Source: an uncultured Gemmatimonadales bacterium (GTDB taxonomy: Bacteria > Gemmatimonadota > Gemmatimonadetes > Gemmatimonadales > Gemmatimonadaceae). Taken from it: a stretch of 64,000 nucleotides of DNA. Position numbers and translations under genes: made by a program. Position 1 is the first letter of the stretch. Every line of letters begins with the position of its first letter. The stretch spans positions 224,001 to 288,000 of the forward strand of contig CAVPQB010000004.1 of the NCBI GenBank assembly GCA_963707505.1, written 5' to 3'. Shown one piece after another: positions 48,433 to 59,595 of the stretch. A model generated the notes under the pieces. It saw only the letters and a list, made by a program, of their open reading frames with translations, did not search any database and was not told the origin of the DNA.

Positions 48433-50046
48433 ATGCCGAATTTTCGCCCCGTAACTCTGCTTGCGTCTATAGTCTGCGCGAGCGTCGTCGCCGCTTCCGC
48501 TTCGGCAGCGGTCGCGCACGCACAGAAGTCGGACTCGGCCGACCTTCTCATCCGCGGTGGCACAGTTGTGGATGGAACCGGCAGTCCGGGCCGAACCGCG
48601 GACGTCGCGGTTCGCGGCGATCGCATTGTCTTTGTCGGTAATGCCGCGACCGCGCACATTCGCGCAGCCCGTACGATCGATGCCCGCGGCCTGATCGTCG
48701 CGCCCGGCTTCATCGACTCGCACACTCATGCGGAATCGGATCTGTCCAGCCCGGCAAGACATGGCAACATCAACTACCTCATGCAGGGCGTGACGACTGT
48801 CATGACCGGTAACGATGGATCGAGCCCACTCGACGTCGGAAAGACGCTCGACACCTGGCAGCGCCAGGGGATCGGCACCAACGCAGCCATGTTCATCGGC
48901 GAGGGATCGGTGCGCGGACACGTGCTTGGAATGTCCGACGCCAAGCCCACCGCTGCGCAGATGGACAGCATGCGTGCGCTCGTCGCGCGCGGAATGGACG
49001 GCGGCGCACTCGGCATCTCCACCGGTCTTTACTACGCGCCCGGAAGCTATGCCTCGACCGAGGAAGTGATCGAGCTTTCCAGGGTTGCAGCGCAGCACGG
49101 TGGAATCTACGACACGCATCTCCGCGACGAGAGCTCCTACACCGTAGGACTCATCGGCGCGGTGAATGAGGCGATCCGCATCGGGCGCGAGGCGCACATG
49201 CGCATCCACATCTCGCACATCAAGGCGCTGGGCACCGATGTGTGGGGTGAGAGCGACACGGTGATCGCGCTCATCAACAATGCACGCGCCGCGGGAATCG
49301 ATGTTGTCGCGTGTCAGTATCCGTACACCGCGTCCGGTACGAGTGTTGGCGCGTCACTTCTGCCACGTTGGGCCGAGGAGGGTGGGCGGGACTCGCTGCT
49401 TGCGCGGATTGCGGATGCGCCCACGCACGCGCGGCTTGTCGCGGACATGCAGAACAACCTGCGCCGACGCGGCGGAGCTGCCGCGCTGCTCATCACGACT
49501 CAGCACGATACCGGTGCGACCGCTGGCCTGCGTGGCAAGACGCTGGATCAGGCTGCGAAGGCGCACAACCGCTCACCGATCGACGAGGCTATCGAGATAG
49601 TGAAGAGCGGTGACGCGAGTGTCGCGTCGTTCAACATGAAGGACGCCGACATCGACAACTTCATGAAGCAGCCGTGGGTGAGCACCTGCTCCGACGGATC
49701 GGGCGGTCACCCGAGAAAGTATGGAACGTTTCCGAGGAAGCTGCGTGAGTACGTGTACCAGCGACACGTTCTCACGCTTCCGCAGGCCGTGCATGTGAGC
49801 AGCGCGCTCACCGCGCACACGCTCGGAATCAAGGATCGCGGAACGCTCGCGGTTGGTAACTACGCCGACGTCATAGTCTTCGATCCGAAGACAGTCGCGG
49901 ACAAATCGACATACGAGCAGCCAACGCTTCTGGCAGTGGGCATGCGATACGTGCTGGTGAACGGCGTTCCCGCGGTCGATGGCGGAACGTACACCGGCGC
50001 GCTAGCGGGGCGCGCCATCAAGCGTGTGGGGACACCGGCGCCGTAG
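48433..50046 (+). CDS. N-acyl-D-amino-acid deacylase family amidohydrolase, secreted
   Basis: Signal peptide; DLLIRGGTVVDGTG, APGFIDSHTH, STGLYYAPG, HLRDE, HISHIK, YPYTAS and HPRKYGTFPR. Confidence 0.9.
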   Translation: MPNFRPVTLLASIVCASVVAASASAAVAHAQKSDSADLLIRGGTVVDGTGSPGRTADVAVRGDRIVFVGNAATAHIRAARTIDARGLIVAPGFIDSHTHAESDLSSPARHGNINYLMQGVTTVMTGNDGSSPLDVGKTLDTWQRQGIGTNAAMFIGEGSVRGHVLGMSDAKPTAAQMDSMRALVARGMDGGALGISTGLYYAPGSYASTEEVIELSRVAAQHGGIYDTHLRDESSYTVGLIGAVNEAIRIGREAHMRIHISHIKALGTDVWGESDTVIALINNARAAGIDVVACQYPYTASGTSVGASLLPRWAEEGGRDSLLARIADAPTHARLVADMQNNLRRRGGAAALLITTQHDTGATAGLRGKTLDQAAKAHNRSPIDEAIEIVKSGDASVASFNMKDADIDNFMKQPWVSTCSDGSGGHPRKYGTFPRKLREYVYQRHVLTLPQAVHVSSALTAHTLGIKDRGTLAVGNYADVIVFDPKTVADKSTYEQPTLLAVGMRYVLVNGVPAVDGGTYTGALAGRAIKRVGTPAP

Positions 50047-50047
50047 G

Positions 50048-50143
50048 TGGATTCACATCGCGTCTTGGGAATCCATGTGGCCCTCGTCATTCCCGCTTGC
50101 GCGGGAATGACGAGACTTGAGCACGCTCCCGCGGAATGACGAC
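50048..50143. repeat. CGTCAT-tagged REP-like palindrome cluster between convergent genes
   Basis: Perfect 14-bp stem ctcgtcattcccgc-ttgc-gcgggaatgacgag (50083-50114); fragments tggattc..gaatcca (50048-50075) and gcggaatgacgac (50131-50143). Confidence 0.85.
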
Positions 50144-50158
50144 CTTGCAACTGCACCC

Positions 50159-50938
50159 TCACATCGTGAATTCGCTGCGGTAGCCCAGCTGTTCCGATAG
50201 CGAGTTGGCAGCCTTCAACACCGCCTCGCTGCACAGCTTTAGCCTGTCTGCCGGAACTCTGGAAATCGGCGCGCCGATGGTGAGCGCGCCGACCACCAGT
50301 CCCGTGTGATTCCGGACCGGCGCTCCGACGGCAGCGAGGTCGTCCTCCATTTCGGCCCACGCAACGGAATAGCCCTGCTCGCGCACCGTCGCCAGCTCTT
50401 CGAGGAAGTCGTCGAGGTTGGTTATGCTTCGCGCGGCAAGCTTTGGAAACTGCGCCGGCAGCAGTCGTCGCAGCTCCGCGGGGGCGTGCCAGGCCAGCAA
50501 GGACTTGCCCGCGGCGGTGGCATGCACAGGAAGCCGGCGACCAACCCAACCCGTATGCATGATGGGACGCGGGCTCTCGACCGCCGAAAGGTTCATCGCT
50601 TCGGACCCGACCAGCACCGCAAGATTGGAAGTCTCACCCGTGGTAGTCGCGAGCCACTGAAGCTCGGCGATCGCCAGCCGCTGGAGGCTTGTGGCATCGC
50701 GTGCCAGCTCGCCGATGACCGCGAGCCGCGCGGATAGCCGGTAGCGCAGCGACACCGGGTCGCGATCGAGAAATCCCGCAGACTCCATCGCGCTCAGCCA
50801 GCGTGACAGAGTTCCCTTGGAAAGTCCGAGCTGGTTCGCTGCATCGACCACGCCGACCTCGCGCAAGCTGGGCGAAAACAGCTCCAGCACGCTCATGCTC
50901 TTTTTCAGCACAGTCCTTCCCGTGACAGGTGAATGCAA
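50159..50938 (-). CDS. IclR family transcriptional regulator
   Basis: HTH GLSKGTLSRWL, TGETSNLAV, PVHATAAGK, VREQGY and VGAPV; start uncertain. Confidence 0.92.
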   Translation of the reverse strand: MHSPVTGRTVLKKSMSVLELFSPSLREVGVVDAANQLGLSKGTLSRWLSAMESAGFLDRDPVSLRYRLSARLAVIGELARDATSLQRLAIAELQWLATTTGETSNLAVLVGSEAMNLSAVESPRPIMHTGWVGRRLPVHATAAGKSLLAWHAPAELRRLLPAQFPKLAARSITNLDDFLEELATVREQGYSVAWAEMEDDLAAVGAPVRNHTGLVVGALTIGAPISRVPADRLKLCSEAVLKAANSLSEQLGYRSEFTM

Positions 50939-51105
50939 CCCGGTTGCAAACTCTAGAACTCTAACGCATTCGCTTATATACGCACGGGAGCGGCCGTTGT
51001 GATGAGCGAATCCCTTGCTTTCGCGGGATCGGGGAGAAAATCCATCCTTGCGCTATACGACATGCCGTACGATGTTAATTCCGCGTTAAGACAATTGATG
51101 GGACG

Positions 51106-51126
51106 GAGTTGCAGAATATGCAACTC
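51106..51126. promoter_or_regulatory. Candidate operator palindrome in the iclR/susC intergenic region
   Basis: gagttgca-gaata-tgcaactc (8-5-8) in an AT-rich stretch; related tgcaacc-c-ggttgca at 50934-50948. Confidence 0.55.
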
Positions 51127-51239
51127 TTTTTCGATATGTTCTTGACGCCAGGCGATGCACGAAGCGACCCTCTACCGCGGAGAACAGGTGTTAGTTGCCA
51201 GCCCTTGTCTGCTCGCTCCCTTTCAACAGGACATCTGAC

Positions 51240-54200
51240 ATGATTACTGATCTGCTTCGCGCCCGCTGTCGTGGCGCGATTGGCGCGTTCGTGCTGCTTG
51301 TGTCGTTCGCTGGTGTGGCTGCTGCCCAGACGGGAACCATTACGGGACACGTGACGGTGAAGGGCACGACCCAGCCGATTCCCGACGCGCACGTGACCGT
51401 CACGGGGACCAATCTTGGCGCGTCGACCAACGCGACCGGCGCCTACAGGATTTCCGGTCTGAAAGCGGGAACGTACAGAGTGCGCGCGCTGCGCATCGGG
51501 TATGCAGAGCAACAGCAGTCGATCACCATCACCGACAGTCAGTCGCCAACCCTCGACTTCGCGCTCGAACCAGTTGCGACCAAGCTCGAAGGGGTTGTGA
51601 CTACGGTGACAGGTCAGCAACGAAAGATCGAGGTCGGTAACGCGATCGCGCAGATCGACGCGGCCAAGGACGTCCAGACCAAAGCAGTGGCGAACGTGGC
51701 CGATCTCCTCACGTCGCGAGCGGCCGGCGTTCAGGTGACGCCCGGTCTCAATACCGGCGGCGGATCGCGCATCCGCATTCGCGGAACGAGCTCGCTGTCG
51801 CTCTCCAACAATCCGATCTACGTCATTGACGGCGTTCGCGTCGAAGGAACGACCGGGTCATCGACGTTGAGCGTGGGCGGAACGACGCCGGACCGAATCG
51901 ACGACATCAATCCTGAAGAAATTGCATCCATCGAAGTAGTTCGCGGCCCATCAGCGGCGACGCTGTATGGCACCGACGCGGCAAACGGCGTGATCGTCAT
52001 TACGACGAAACACGGCATCGCCGGGAAGACTGAGCTGAAGTACTTCACCGAACAGGGCGTACACGTCGACAACAACACCTATCCGGATGCCTACACCGGA
52101 TGGACGACGGGCAAGACTGCGGCGACGACGTCGAGCGTGTCCAACAGGGTGAATTGTTATCTGACCGCCCAGGCGTACGGCACCTGTACGCAGGACAGCG
52201 TGACCAGCTACAATCTCTATAACGACCCTCAATCGACGCCGAACGGCGCCGGTTATCGTCAGGCGCACGGGCTTCAGTTGAGCGGCGGATCACCGGCAGT
52301 TCGCTACTTCATGAGTGGCCAGTGGGAGAGCGAGGATGGCGTCCTCAAGGTGCCGGAGTTCGACCAGGCCTATCTCGCGGCGCACAATCTCAAGCTTCGC
52401 CCGGAAGCGGCCGACCCGAACCACATGGGCAAGATCTCGACCCGCGCGAACTTCAACATGGCGCTCAGTCCGAAGTTCGACCTCGCGTTCAACACGGGCT
52501 ACACGTCGCAGAACATGCGACTCCCGACGAGCGACGACTCGGGAACCGAAGGAGTCGCCGGCAACACGTACGGCGGACCGGGATTCAAGTACAACATCAT
52601 CCGACGACCGGCGACACGTTGTACGGCTGGCGTCAGTTCACGCCACGCGACATCTACCAGGTCTACACCAATCAGGCGATCCAGCGCGTGATCACGGGAG
52701 GCAACTCCAACTGGCGGCCGACCGACTGGCTTCACGGTCCGCGCGGATCTCGGCCTCGACTACATCAACCGCACGGACACGCAGCTCTGCCGCTTCGGCA
52801 GAGTGCCCGGACCTCGGCGGCGACAGCCGGCTCGGCTTCAAGATCGACAACCGTACCAACTTCTTCACCTACACTGCCAACGTCAGCGGCAGCGCGACAC
52901 ACCAGATCAACGACGATGTCGGATCGACCACGACGATCGGCGTCCAGTTCATTCGCAGTCTGTTCGATCGCAATGGTGCGAGCGGGATTCACCTCTCGCC
53001 CGGCGCAACCACGATCAGTCGGCGCTGGCACATCAGCGCCGACGAGTCGACCACGGAGACCCGCACGCTCGGCGCCTTCCTCGAAGAGCGTCTTGCCTTC
53101 AGTGACGACCTGTTCCTGACCGGCGCGGTGCGCTCGGATCGCAACAGCGCATTCGGTGCGAACTTCAAGACGGTTCTCTATCCCGAAGGTGTCCGCATCG
53201 TGGGTCATCTCGAACCAGTCGTTCTTCCCGAAGTTCAGCTGGGTCAACCAGTTCCGTCTTCGCAGCGCTTACGGCGCATCGGGCGTCGAGCCTGGAACCA
53301 CCGACGCCGTGCAGTACTACTCGGCGACAACGCACTTACGTCCGAGTGCGGGACGCGCCGGCCGTCGTCTTCAGCGCGCTCGGCAACCAGCAATCTCAAG
53401 CCGGAGCGGTCGTCGGAGTTCGAGGTTGGCGTGGACGGAACGTTCTTTGGCAGTCGCATCTCCAGCGAGATTACGTACTACAGCAAACAGTCCAAGGATG
53501 CACTCATCAGCCGCGTTCTGCCGCCGTCGCTCGGCACCGGAACCACTGCACGTCTCGAGAATCTTGGGCAGGTGAGCAACAAGGGCTGGGAAGCGTTGCT
53601 CACGTTGATACCGATCCAGCACGTTGGATACGGCTGGGACATCACGTTCAACGGATCGACGAACACCAACAAGCTGGTGAGCCTGGGCGGGGTGCCGCCG
53701 ATCGTCCTGAGCACGACGCAGCAGGATCGCGAGGGATATCCACTCAACGGCTGGTGGACAAAGCCAATTCTGAGCTACAGCGACAAGAATCACGACGGCA
53801 TCATCGAGTACAACAAGGACCCGCATTGAGCGAGGTTACGGTCGGCGATACTGCGGCGTATCTCGGCAACTCGATGCCGAAGTACGAGGTGGCGATGACG
53901 AACGGCATCGACTTCTTCCACCGCCTGTTCCGCGTCGGAAGCGATGCTCGACTACAAGGGCGACTTCAAGATCTACAACAACACCGAGCGCATCCGTTGC
54001 GCGAGCCGCAACAACTGCTCCGGTCTGATCAATCCGGCGTCATCGTTGTTCGAGCAGGCACGCACGGTTGCGGTGCGCGAGCATCGCCGAGTCGTACCGT
54101 CGCCGGCTTCATCGAGCCTGGCGACTTCATCCGCTTCCGCGAGCTCAACGTTACGTTCACGGCTCCGGACCGCATGGGCGCACAAGGTTCTCCACGGCCG

Positions 54201-54363
54201 AGCCTGGCCGTCACGCTCGCTGCGCGCAACCTCGGCATTCTCTGGACGAAGTACAGCGGTGTCGATCCCGAAGCGTTTGCGACAACGGGCGACGCGCCGT
54301 CGGAATTCCAGGCGTTCGCGCCACCGACGTACTACATGCTCCGCTTCTCCACTCGGCTTCTAG
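51240..54363 (+). CDS. SusC/RagA family TonB-dependent outer membrane transporter, 3' half frameshifted
   Basis: Signal peptide; carboxypeptidase-regulatory-like domain; plug motifs IRIRGTSS, PIYVIDG and DINPEEIASIEVVRGPSAATLYGTDAANGVIVITTK; LKPERS; YSGVDPE. Confidence 0.9.
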
Positions 54364-54364
54364 G

Positions 54365-55790
54365 ATGACACCTCCAATGACTTCACAAATGACAATACGT
54401 TCGCGCGGCTTCTCTGCTGCGCTGGGCAGCGCCGCTCGCGGCTGCTGGTACGCTCGCGCTTGCCGCCTGTAACGTCTCTGACGTGCTGAAGGTTACAGAT
54501 CCGGACATCATCAATCCGAGCGACGTACAGTCCGCCGCCGGTGCGTACGGCGGTCCGCGTATGGCGCGATCAGCACGACTCAATGCAGCAACCAGCGGTG
54601 GTAGTAGCTGGCTCCGAAGGATTGTTTCTTCTGAGCGGCTTGCTCGCTGACGAGTGGATCAACGGTGATTCCTTCATCGACCGTCAGGCAGTCGACCAGC
54701 GCGTGATCAATCACGTCGAACAGCTTCCTCACCGACGTCGACCGGATGCTGCACCGTGCGAGGCTGTCGGCCACGCAGGCAGTACAGTCTGCTGCAGAAG
54801 TACAGTCCCAACGGTCCGCCGTCGGACATCGCCGAGATGTACTTCGTTCAGGCGTACGTCGAAAACGTGATCGGCGAGAATTACTGCAATGGTCTCATAC
54901 TGAGCACCGTCACCAACGGCACGGAAGTGTACGGCTCGCCGATGTCGACGACGGATGCGTTCAACCTCGCACTTGCGCATGCCGACAGTGGACTTGCGCT
55001 GATCACCGGCAACGTCTGCCGCCGATCTGAGAGTCGAAGGACGCGCTCATGGTGACGCGCGGCCGCATCCTGCTCAATCTCAACAGGCCGGCGGACGCCG
55101 GCCTGGCGGTAGCGGGCGTGCCAACCAGCTTCGTATACCAGAATCTGCATTCGCAGGCTACCACCGACAATCAGATCTGGAGTTACAACAACATCGCGCG
55201 GCGCTACAGCGTCAGCACCGGTGAAGGTACGAATGGTCTGAACTTCGCGACGTGCGAACGATCCGCGAATCCCCATCTGCACAGGTGGCGATACAAAGTG
55301 CAAGGCGATCGGCGCCACGTTCAGCACGCGAGACGACGGGTCGACTCCGCTATTCGTACAGATCGATCTGGCCGACGCGCGATGCTTCGGTGACGATCGT
55401 TGGCGGTGTCGAAGCGCGTATGATCGAAGCCGAGGCGGCGTTCCGCGCAGGCAATCCAGCCGGCGCGATCGCCAAGCTCAATCAGGCACGCAGTGAAGGC
55501 GGTGTCGCCGGACTTCCAGCGAACGCTGACCGATCCCGGTACGGACCCGGCACGCGTCGATCTGATTTTCCGTGAGCGTGCATTCTGGCTGTTCTCGACC
55601 GGGCATCGTGTTGGCGACATGCGCCGCCTCATCAAGTTCTACAACAGGCCCGCCGAGTCGGTCTTCCCGACGGGCGCCTGGCACAAGGGCGGGCAATTAC
55701 GGTACGGATGTGAACTTCCCTGTTCCGCAGGCGGAGCAGAACAATCCGAACCTGCCGTCTGCTCAGACATGCACTGACCGCAACGCGTGA
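54365..55790 (+). CDS. SusD/RagB family lipoprotein, frameshifted
   Basis: LALAAC lipobox; LLADEW, RGRILL, EARMIEAEA, RERAFWLFSTGHRVGDMRR and FPVPQAEQNNPN across frames. Confidence 0.82.
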
Positions 55791-57964
55791 TGCATTCGGC
55801 ATTTTCGCAAAGCGCCATGCGGTCGCTCCTTGTAGTTCCGCTTTTCGTCTGTGCCTCCACGATCGTGGAGGCACAGACGGGTCCGCCGGATATCGCGAAA
55901 CACGTAGAGGTGCGGCGCACGGAACATGGTGTGCCGCACATTCGTGCAGATAACATGGAAGCGGCCGGGTATGGTCTGGGGTACCTTCAGATCGAAGATT
56001 ACGGTGCCCGTGTCGCGATGGGTTTGCTGCACTCGCGGGGTGAGATGGGTCGCTGGTTCGGACGCGACAGCATCGAAGGTGACTTCAACGCACGTCTGAC
56101 GTACGAGACAGCGGTCCGCGGATATCCCACGCTCGATACGGATACACGCGCGATCTATGACGGATTCGCCGAGGGCGTGAACCGCTACATCGAGCTGCAT
56201 CCCGAGGAGTTTCCAACGGGATTCGCGCCGCATTTCACCGGCTATGATGTACTCGCGCATGAGGTGTCGGGCGCATCAGCGCGTGAGGCTGCGCGGTTTC
56301 TCAGCAGGGTCGATCCCAAGGCGCGCCGCGCCAGAAACGCGGAGCCGGAAGTTGCAGTTGCGTCCCCGATCGCCGGCGGTCAGGATCCGCCGGACGAAGG
56401 TTCCAATGCGTGGGCCTTCGCGCCCAGCCGCACCAAGTCGGGACACGCGATTCTGTTGCGCAATCCACATCTAAACTGGAATTCCGGTTACTACGAGGCG
56501 CAGCTCACGGTGCCTGGAGTGATGGATTTTTACGGCGACTTCCGCATAGGCAGTCCGTTCGGAGTGGTCGGAGGCTTCAATCGCGACCTCGGGTGGTCGA
56601 CGACCAATAATTCGCCGCTGCTTTCCCAGATTTACTCGCTCGACGTCGATTCAACTCAGGTGGATCACTACTTGCTCGATGGTGCGTCGATTCCGTTGCA
56701 ACGCCAGCTGACGACAGTGGAGTTTCGCAACGGCAACGGTCTGTCGAGTGAGACGCGCGAAACGTTTCGCACCACGCTGGGGCCGGTCATCTATCGTGGC
56801 AATGGCAAGATCTACGTTTTGAAGGCAGCTGGTGATGGCGATGTTCGCGGTGGCGAGCAGTTCCTGCGCATGATGCGCTCGCACTCGCTCGCCGAGTGGA
56901 AGGACGCGATGCGCATGAGAGCGCGCATCACCTCCAACTTCACCTACGCGGATCGCGCCGGCAACATTCTTTACGTGTGGAACGCATCGATACCGAAACT
57001 TCCGCTGCCGAGCGGCGGTGATACGGCCGCGGTACCGATCACGCGCACGTCCGAAGCGTGGACCAGCTACATACCGTTCGACTCGCTGCCGCAGTTGCTC
57101 AATCCGAAGGGTGGGTATGTCGAGAATTCGAATGACCCGCCGTACTTCACCAACCTTCAGCAACCGCTTGACCGTTCAAAATATCCCGCGTACTTCCCCG
57201 AGCCGCGCCTCGGTCTGCGACAGCAGCTTGCGCTCAGTCTGATCAACAACGATCGCAAGTTGAATCTGCAGGATGTGCTCGCGCTCAAGCATTCGTACAG
57301 GATGCTGCTCGCAGATCGCGTACGTGACGATCTGGTGAAGGAAGTGCGCGCGTCCAATCCGTCGCCGGATGTCGCAAAGGCGATCGACATGATTGCCAAT
57401 TGGGACAAGACTGTCGCACCTGGGAGTCGCGGCGGGGTCCTGTTCGAGATGTGGTGGCGCAAGTACATCGATCACACTCGGCCCGACACGATGTATGCCG
57501 TGCAGTGGACCGAGAAGCAGCCAGCATCGACGCCAAGCGGGATTCGTTTTCCAGATCGCTCGGTCGACGCGTTCAAGTGGGCTGTCGAGGAGACTACGCG
57601 ACGCTTTGGAGCCCCGGACGTCGCCTGGGGTGACGTGCATCGCGTGCGAATCGGAAAGGTCGATGTTCCGGTTGGTGGCTGCAACGGTGACATCGGATGC
57701 TTCCGTGTTCTGTGGTACAAGGACGATCCCGACGGCAAGCGCGAAGCAAACGGTGGTGATGGCTGGATTCTCGCGGTGGAGTTCGACAACGAGCCACAGG
57801 CCTACTCCGTACTCGCTTACGGAGAGAGCTCAAGGGAGGATTCACCTTTCCACAGTGACCAGGCGGAGATGTTTGCTCGTGGCGAGCTCAAGCGCGTCTA
57901 CTGGCAGGAGAAGGATGTAGAGACGCACACTATCCGACGCTACCGTCCTGGGGAAAAGCGGTAG
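55787..57964 (+). CDS. Penicillin/cephalosporin acylase family Ntn hydrolase (S45)
   Basis: Signal peptide; HGVPHI, GSNAW (catalytic Ser), LLRNPHL.W, NFTYAD and WGDVHR. Confidence 0.92.
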   Translation: MMHSAFSQSAMRSLLVVPLFVCASTIVEAQTGPPDIAKHVEVRRTEHGVPHIRADNMEAAGYGLGYLQIEDYGARVAMGLLHSRGEMGRWFGRDSIEGDFNARLTYETAVRGYPTLDTDTRAIYDGFAEGVNRYIELHPEEFPTGFAPHFTGYDVLAHEVSGASAREAARFLSRVDPKARRARNAEPEVAVASPIAGGQDPPDEGSNAWAFAPSRTKSGHAILLRNPHLNWNSGYYEAQLTVPGVMDFYGDFRIGSPFGVVGGFNRDLGWSTTNNSPLLSQIYSLDVDSTQVDHYLLDGASIPLQRQLTTVEFRNGNGLSSETRETFRTTLGPVIYRGNGKIYVLKAAGDGDVRGGEQFLRMMRSHSLAEWKDAMRMRARITSNFTYADRAGNILYVWNASIPKLPLPSGGDTAAVPITRTSEAWTSYIPFDSLPQLLNPKGGYVENSNDPPYFTNLQQPLDRSKYPAYFPEPRLGLRQQLALSLINNDRKLNLQDVLALKHSYRMLLADRVRDDLVKEVRASNPSPDVAKAIDMIANWDKTVAPGSRGGVLFEMWWRKYIDHTRPDTMYAVQWTEKQPASTPSGIRFPDRSVDAFKWAVEETTRRFGAPDVAWGDVHRVRIGKVDVPVGGCNGDIGCFRVLWYKDDPDGKREANGGDGWILAVEFDNEPQAYSVLAYGESSREDSPFHSDQAEMFARGELKRVYWQEKDVETHTIRRYRPGEKR

Positions 57965-58060
57965 CGTGGCCGGCCCGGTTGTGCTCAACACCGGGCCGAC
58001 GACGCGATGGAGCAGTTCGGGTGGGAAGATCATTTCAAGACACTGGAGATTGGGCAGTAG

Positions 58061-58714
58061 ATGACAGAGCACGTGCGGTACGTCGAGCAGTCCCCCATGC
58101 GCGTCGGCCCGGTAACGCTGGAAGGAAGTCGTGTCCGGCTGATACCAATGACGCTGGATCACGTTGAAGCATTGTTCGAGGCGGCTGACTTCCCTGCGAT
58201 ATGGGAGCACACCACGACCCAGCCGATGGAAACGGTCTCCGACATAAAGACATACATAGAAACCGCGCTCGCCGAGCAGGCGGCCGGTCAGACGATTCCC
58301 TTCGTGACGACGGACCGTGTTACAGGTGAAGTGCTCGGATCCACGCGTTTTGCCGACATCAGCCCCAACGACAGGCGCCTCGCGGTTGGTTGGACATGGC
58401 TGCGCCCCGACCGTCAACGCACCGGAATCAACGGCGAGGCGAAGGCGTTGATGCTCCAGCAGGCGTTCGACGTCTGGGGCGCACTGCGGGTCGAGATCAG
58501 GACTGACGTGCGCAACACCAGATCAAGAGCGGCGATCGAGCGGATCGGTGGCACCTATGAGGGGACCCTTCGACAGCACATGATCGTCGACGGCCGCGTG
58601 CGCAACACCGCCTATTACAGCGTCATCGACACCGATTGGCGGGATCCTGGTCACCGTGCGTACAAGAACGCGCGTTCCTATGGCATCATCCCCAGGGTCG
58701 AGCCACTGGTCTGA
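58061..58714 (+). CDS. RimJ/RimL-type GNAT acetyltransferase
   Basis: LEGSRVRLIP, GSTRF, GWTWL, QRTGIN.EAK and NTRSRAAIERIGG.YEG.LR. Confidence 0.9.
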   Translation: MTEHVRYVEQSPMRVGPVTLEGSRVRLIPMTLDHVEALFEAADFPAIWEHTTTQPMETVSDIKTYIETALAEQAAGQTIPFVTTDRVTGEVLGSTRFADISPNDRRLAVGWTWLRPDRQRTGINGEAKALMLQQAFDVWGALRVEIRTDVRNTRSRAAIERIGGTYEGTLRQHMIVDGRVRNTAYYSVIDTDWRDPGHRAYKNARSYGIIPRVEPLV

Positions 58715-58751
58715 GCACCGCCGGTCCTGTCAGCTAGATTTGAAGGCGAAG

Positions 58752-59573
58752 ATGTCCTCCCAGCCGACTTTCAACGTGGGCTCGCCCGAAAGCGCCGGAT
58801 CCATCACCATCCGCCGTGTCGCCACGCTCCCCGAATACGACGAGTGCGTCGTCATCGAGCGCGAAACGTGGGGCAGTCAATTCGCCGAGGTGGTACCGAG
58901 CATCATTCTGCGCATCGCCCAGGAAATGGGCGGCGTTACAGCTGCGGCGTTCGCGGCCGATGGCTCCATGCTCGGCTTCGTTTTCGGCATTACCGGCGTT
59001 CGCGACGGCGAGCTTGCTCACTGGTCAGACATGCTGGCGGTGCGTGTTGGCGCGCGTGACATGGGTCTCGGGAAGAAGCTCAAGACATACCAGCGCGATC
59101 TCCTGCTCGAGATCGGCGTGCGCAAGATGTACTGGACGTATGACCCTCTCGTGGCGCGCAATGCATATCTCAATCTGATGCAGCTCGGTGCGCGCGCGGT
59201 GGAGTATCGCACGAATTTCTATGGCGAGGATACGGGCAGTGTATTGCACAGCTCACTCGGCACGGATCGGTTCATCGTTGCCTGGCAGCTCGACGACACC
59301 GCGCCGCGCGGCGGCGGCCTGGACACTGTAGAGTGGGCGAGCACACCCCTCATCGAGGAAGTACTGCCGACTATCCTTCCCGAGGATGCGCGTGTGCGGG
59401 TCGCTATACCGAATGATATTTTTGCAATACTCGACGCCGACGCAAAGCGTGCTGCCCGGTGGCGTGAGACAACTCGCACCGCCCTCACGACGTATCTTGA
59501 CCGCGGATATTCCGTCCTCGGCTTTTTGCGCGGCGATGACGCCGCGCCTGGCACCTATTTGCTGGCACGATGA
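58752..59573 (+). CDS. GNAT family protein, probable D-amino acid N-succinyltransferase
   Basis: HWSDMLAV, GLGKKLK.YQR, WTYDPLVARNAYLN, YRTNFYG and TDRF; directly upstream of an NSAR/OSBS gene. Confidence 0.8.
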   Translation: MSSQPTFNVGSPESAGSITIRRVATLPEYDECVVIERETWGSQFAEVVPSIILRIAQEMGGVTAAAFAADGSMLGFVFGITGVRDGELAHWSDMLAVRVGARDMGLGKKLKTYQRDLLLEIGVRKMYWTYDPLVARNAYLNLMQLGARAVEYRTNFYGEDTGSVLHSSLGTDRFIVAWQLDDTAPRGGGLDTVEWASTPLIEEVLPTILPEDARVRVAIPNDIFAILDADAKRAARWRETTRTALTTYLDRGYSVLGFLRGDDAAPGTYLLAR

Positions 59574-59595
59574 CACGCACCAACGGACTCAATCG

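Noticed and set aside
57971..57998. Hairpin cggcccggt/accgggccg after the acylase gene
   Set aside because: It has no U-tract and no similarity to the CGTCAT family; at most an mRNA-stabilising stem.
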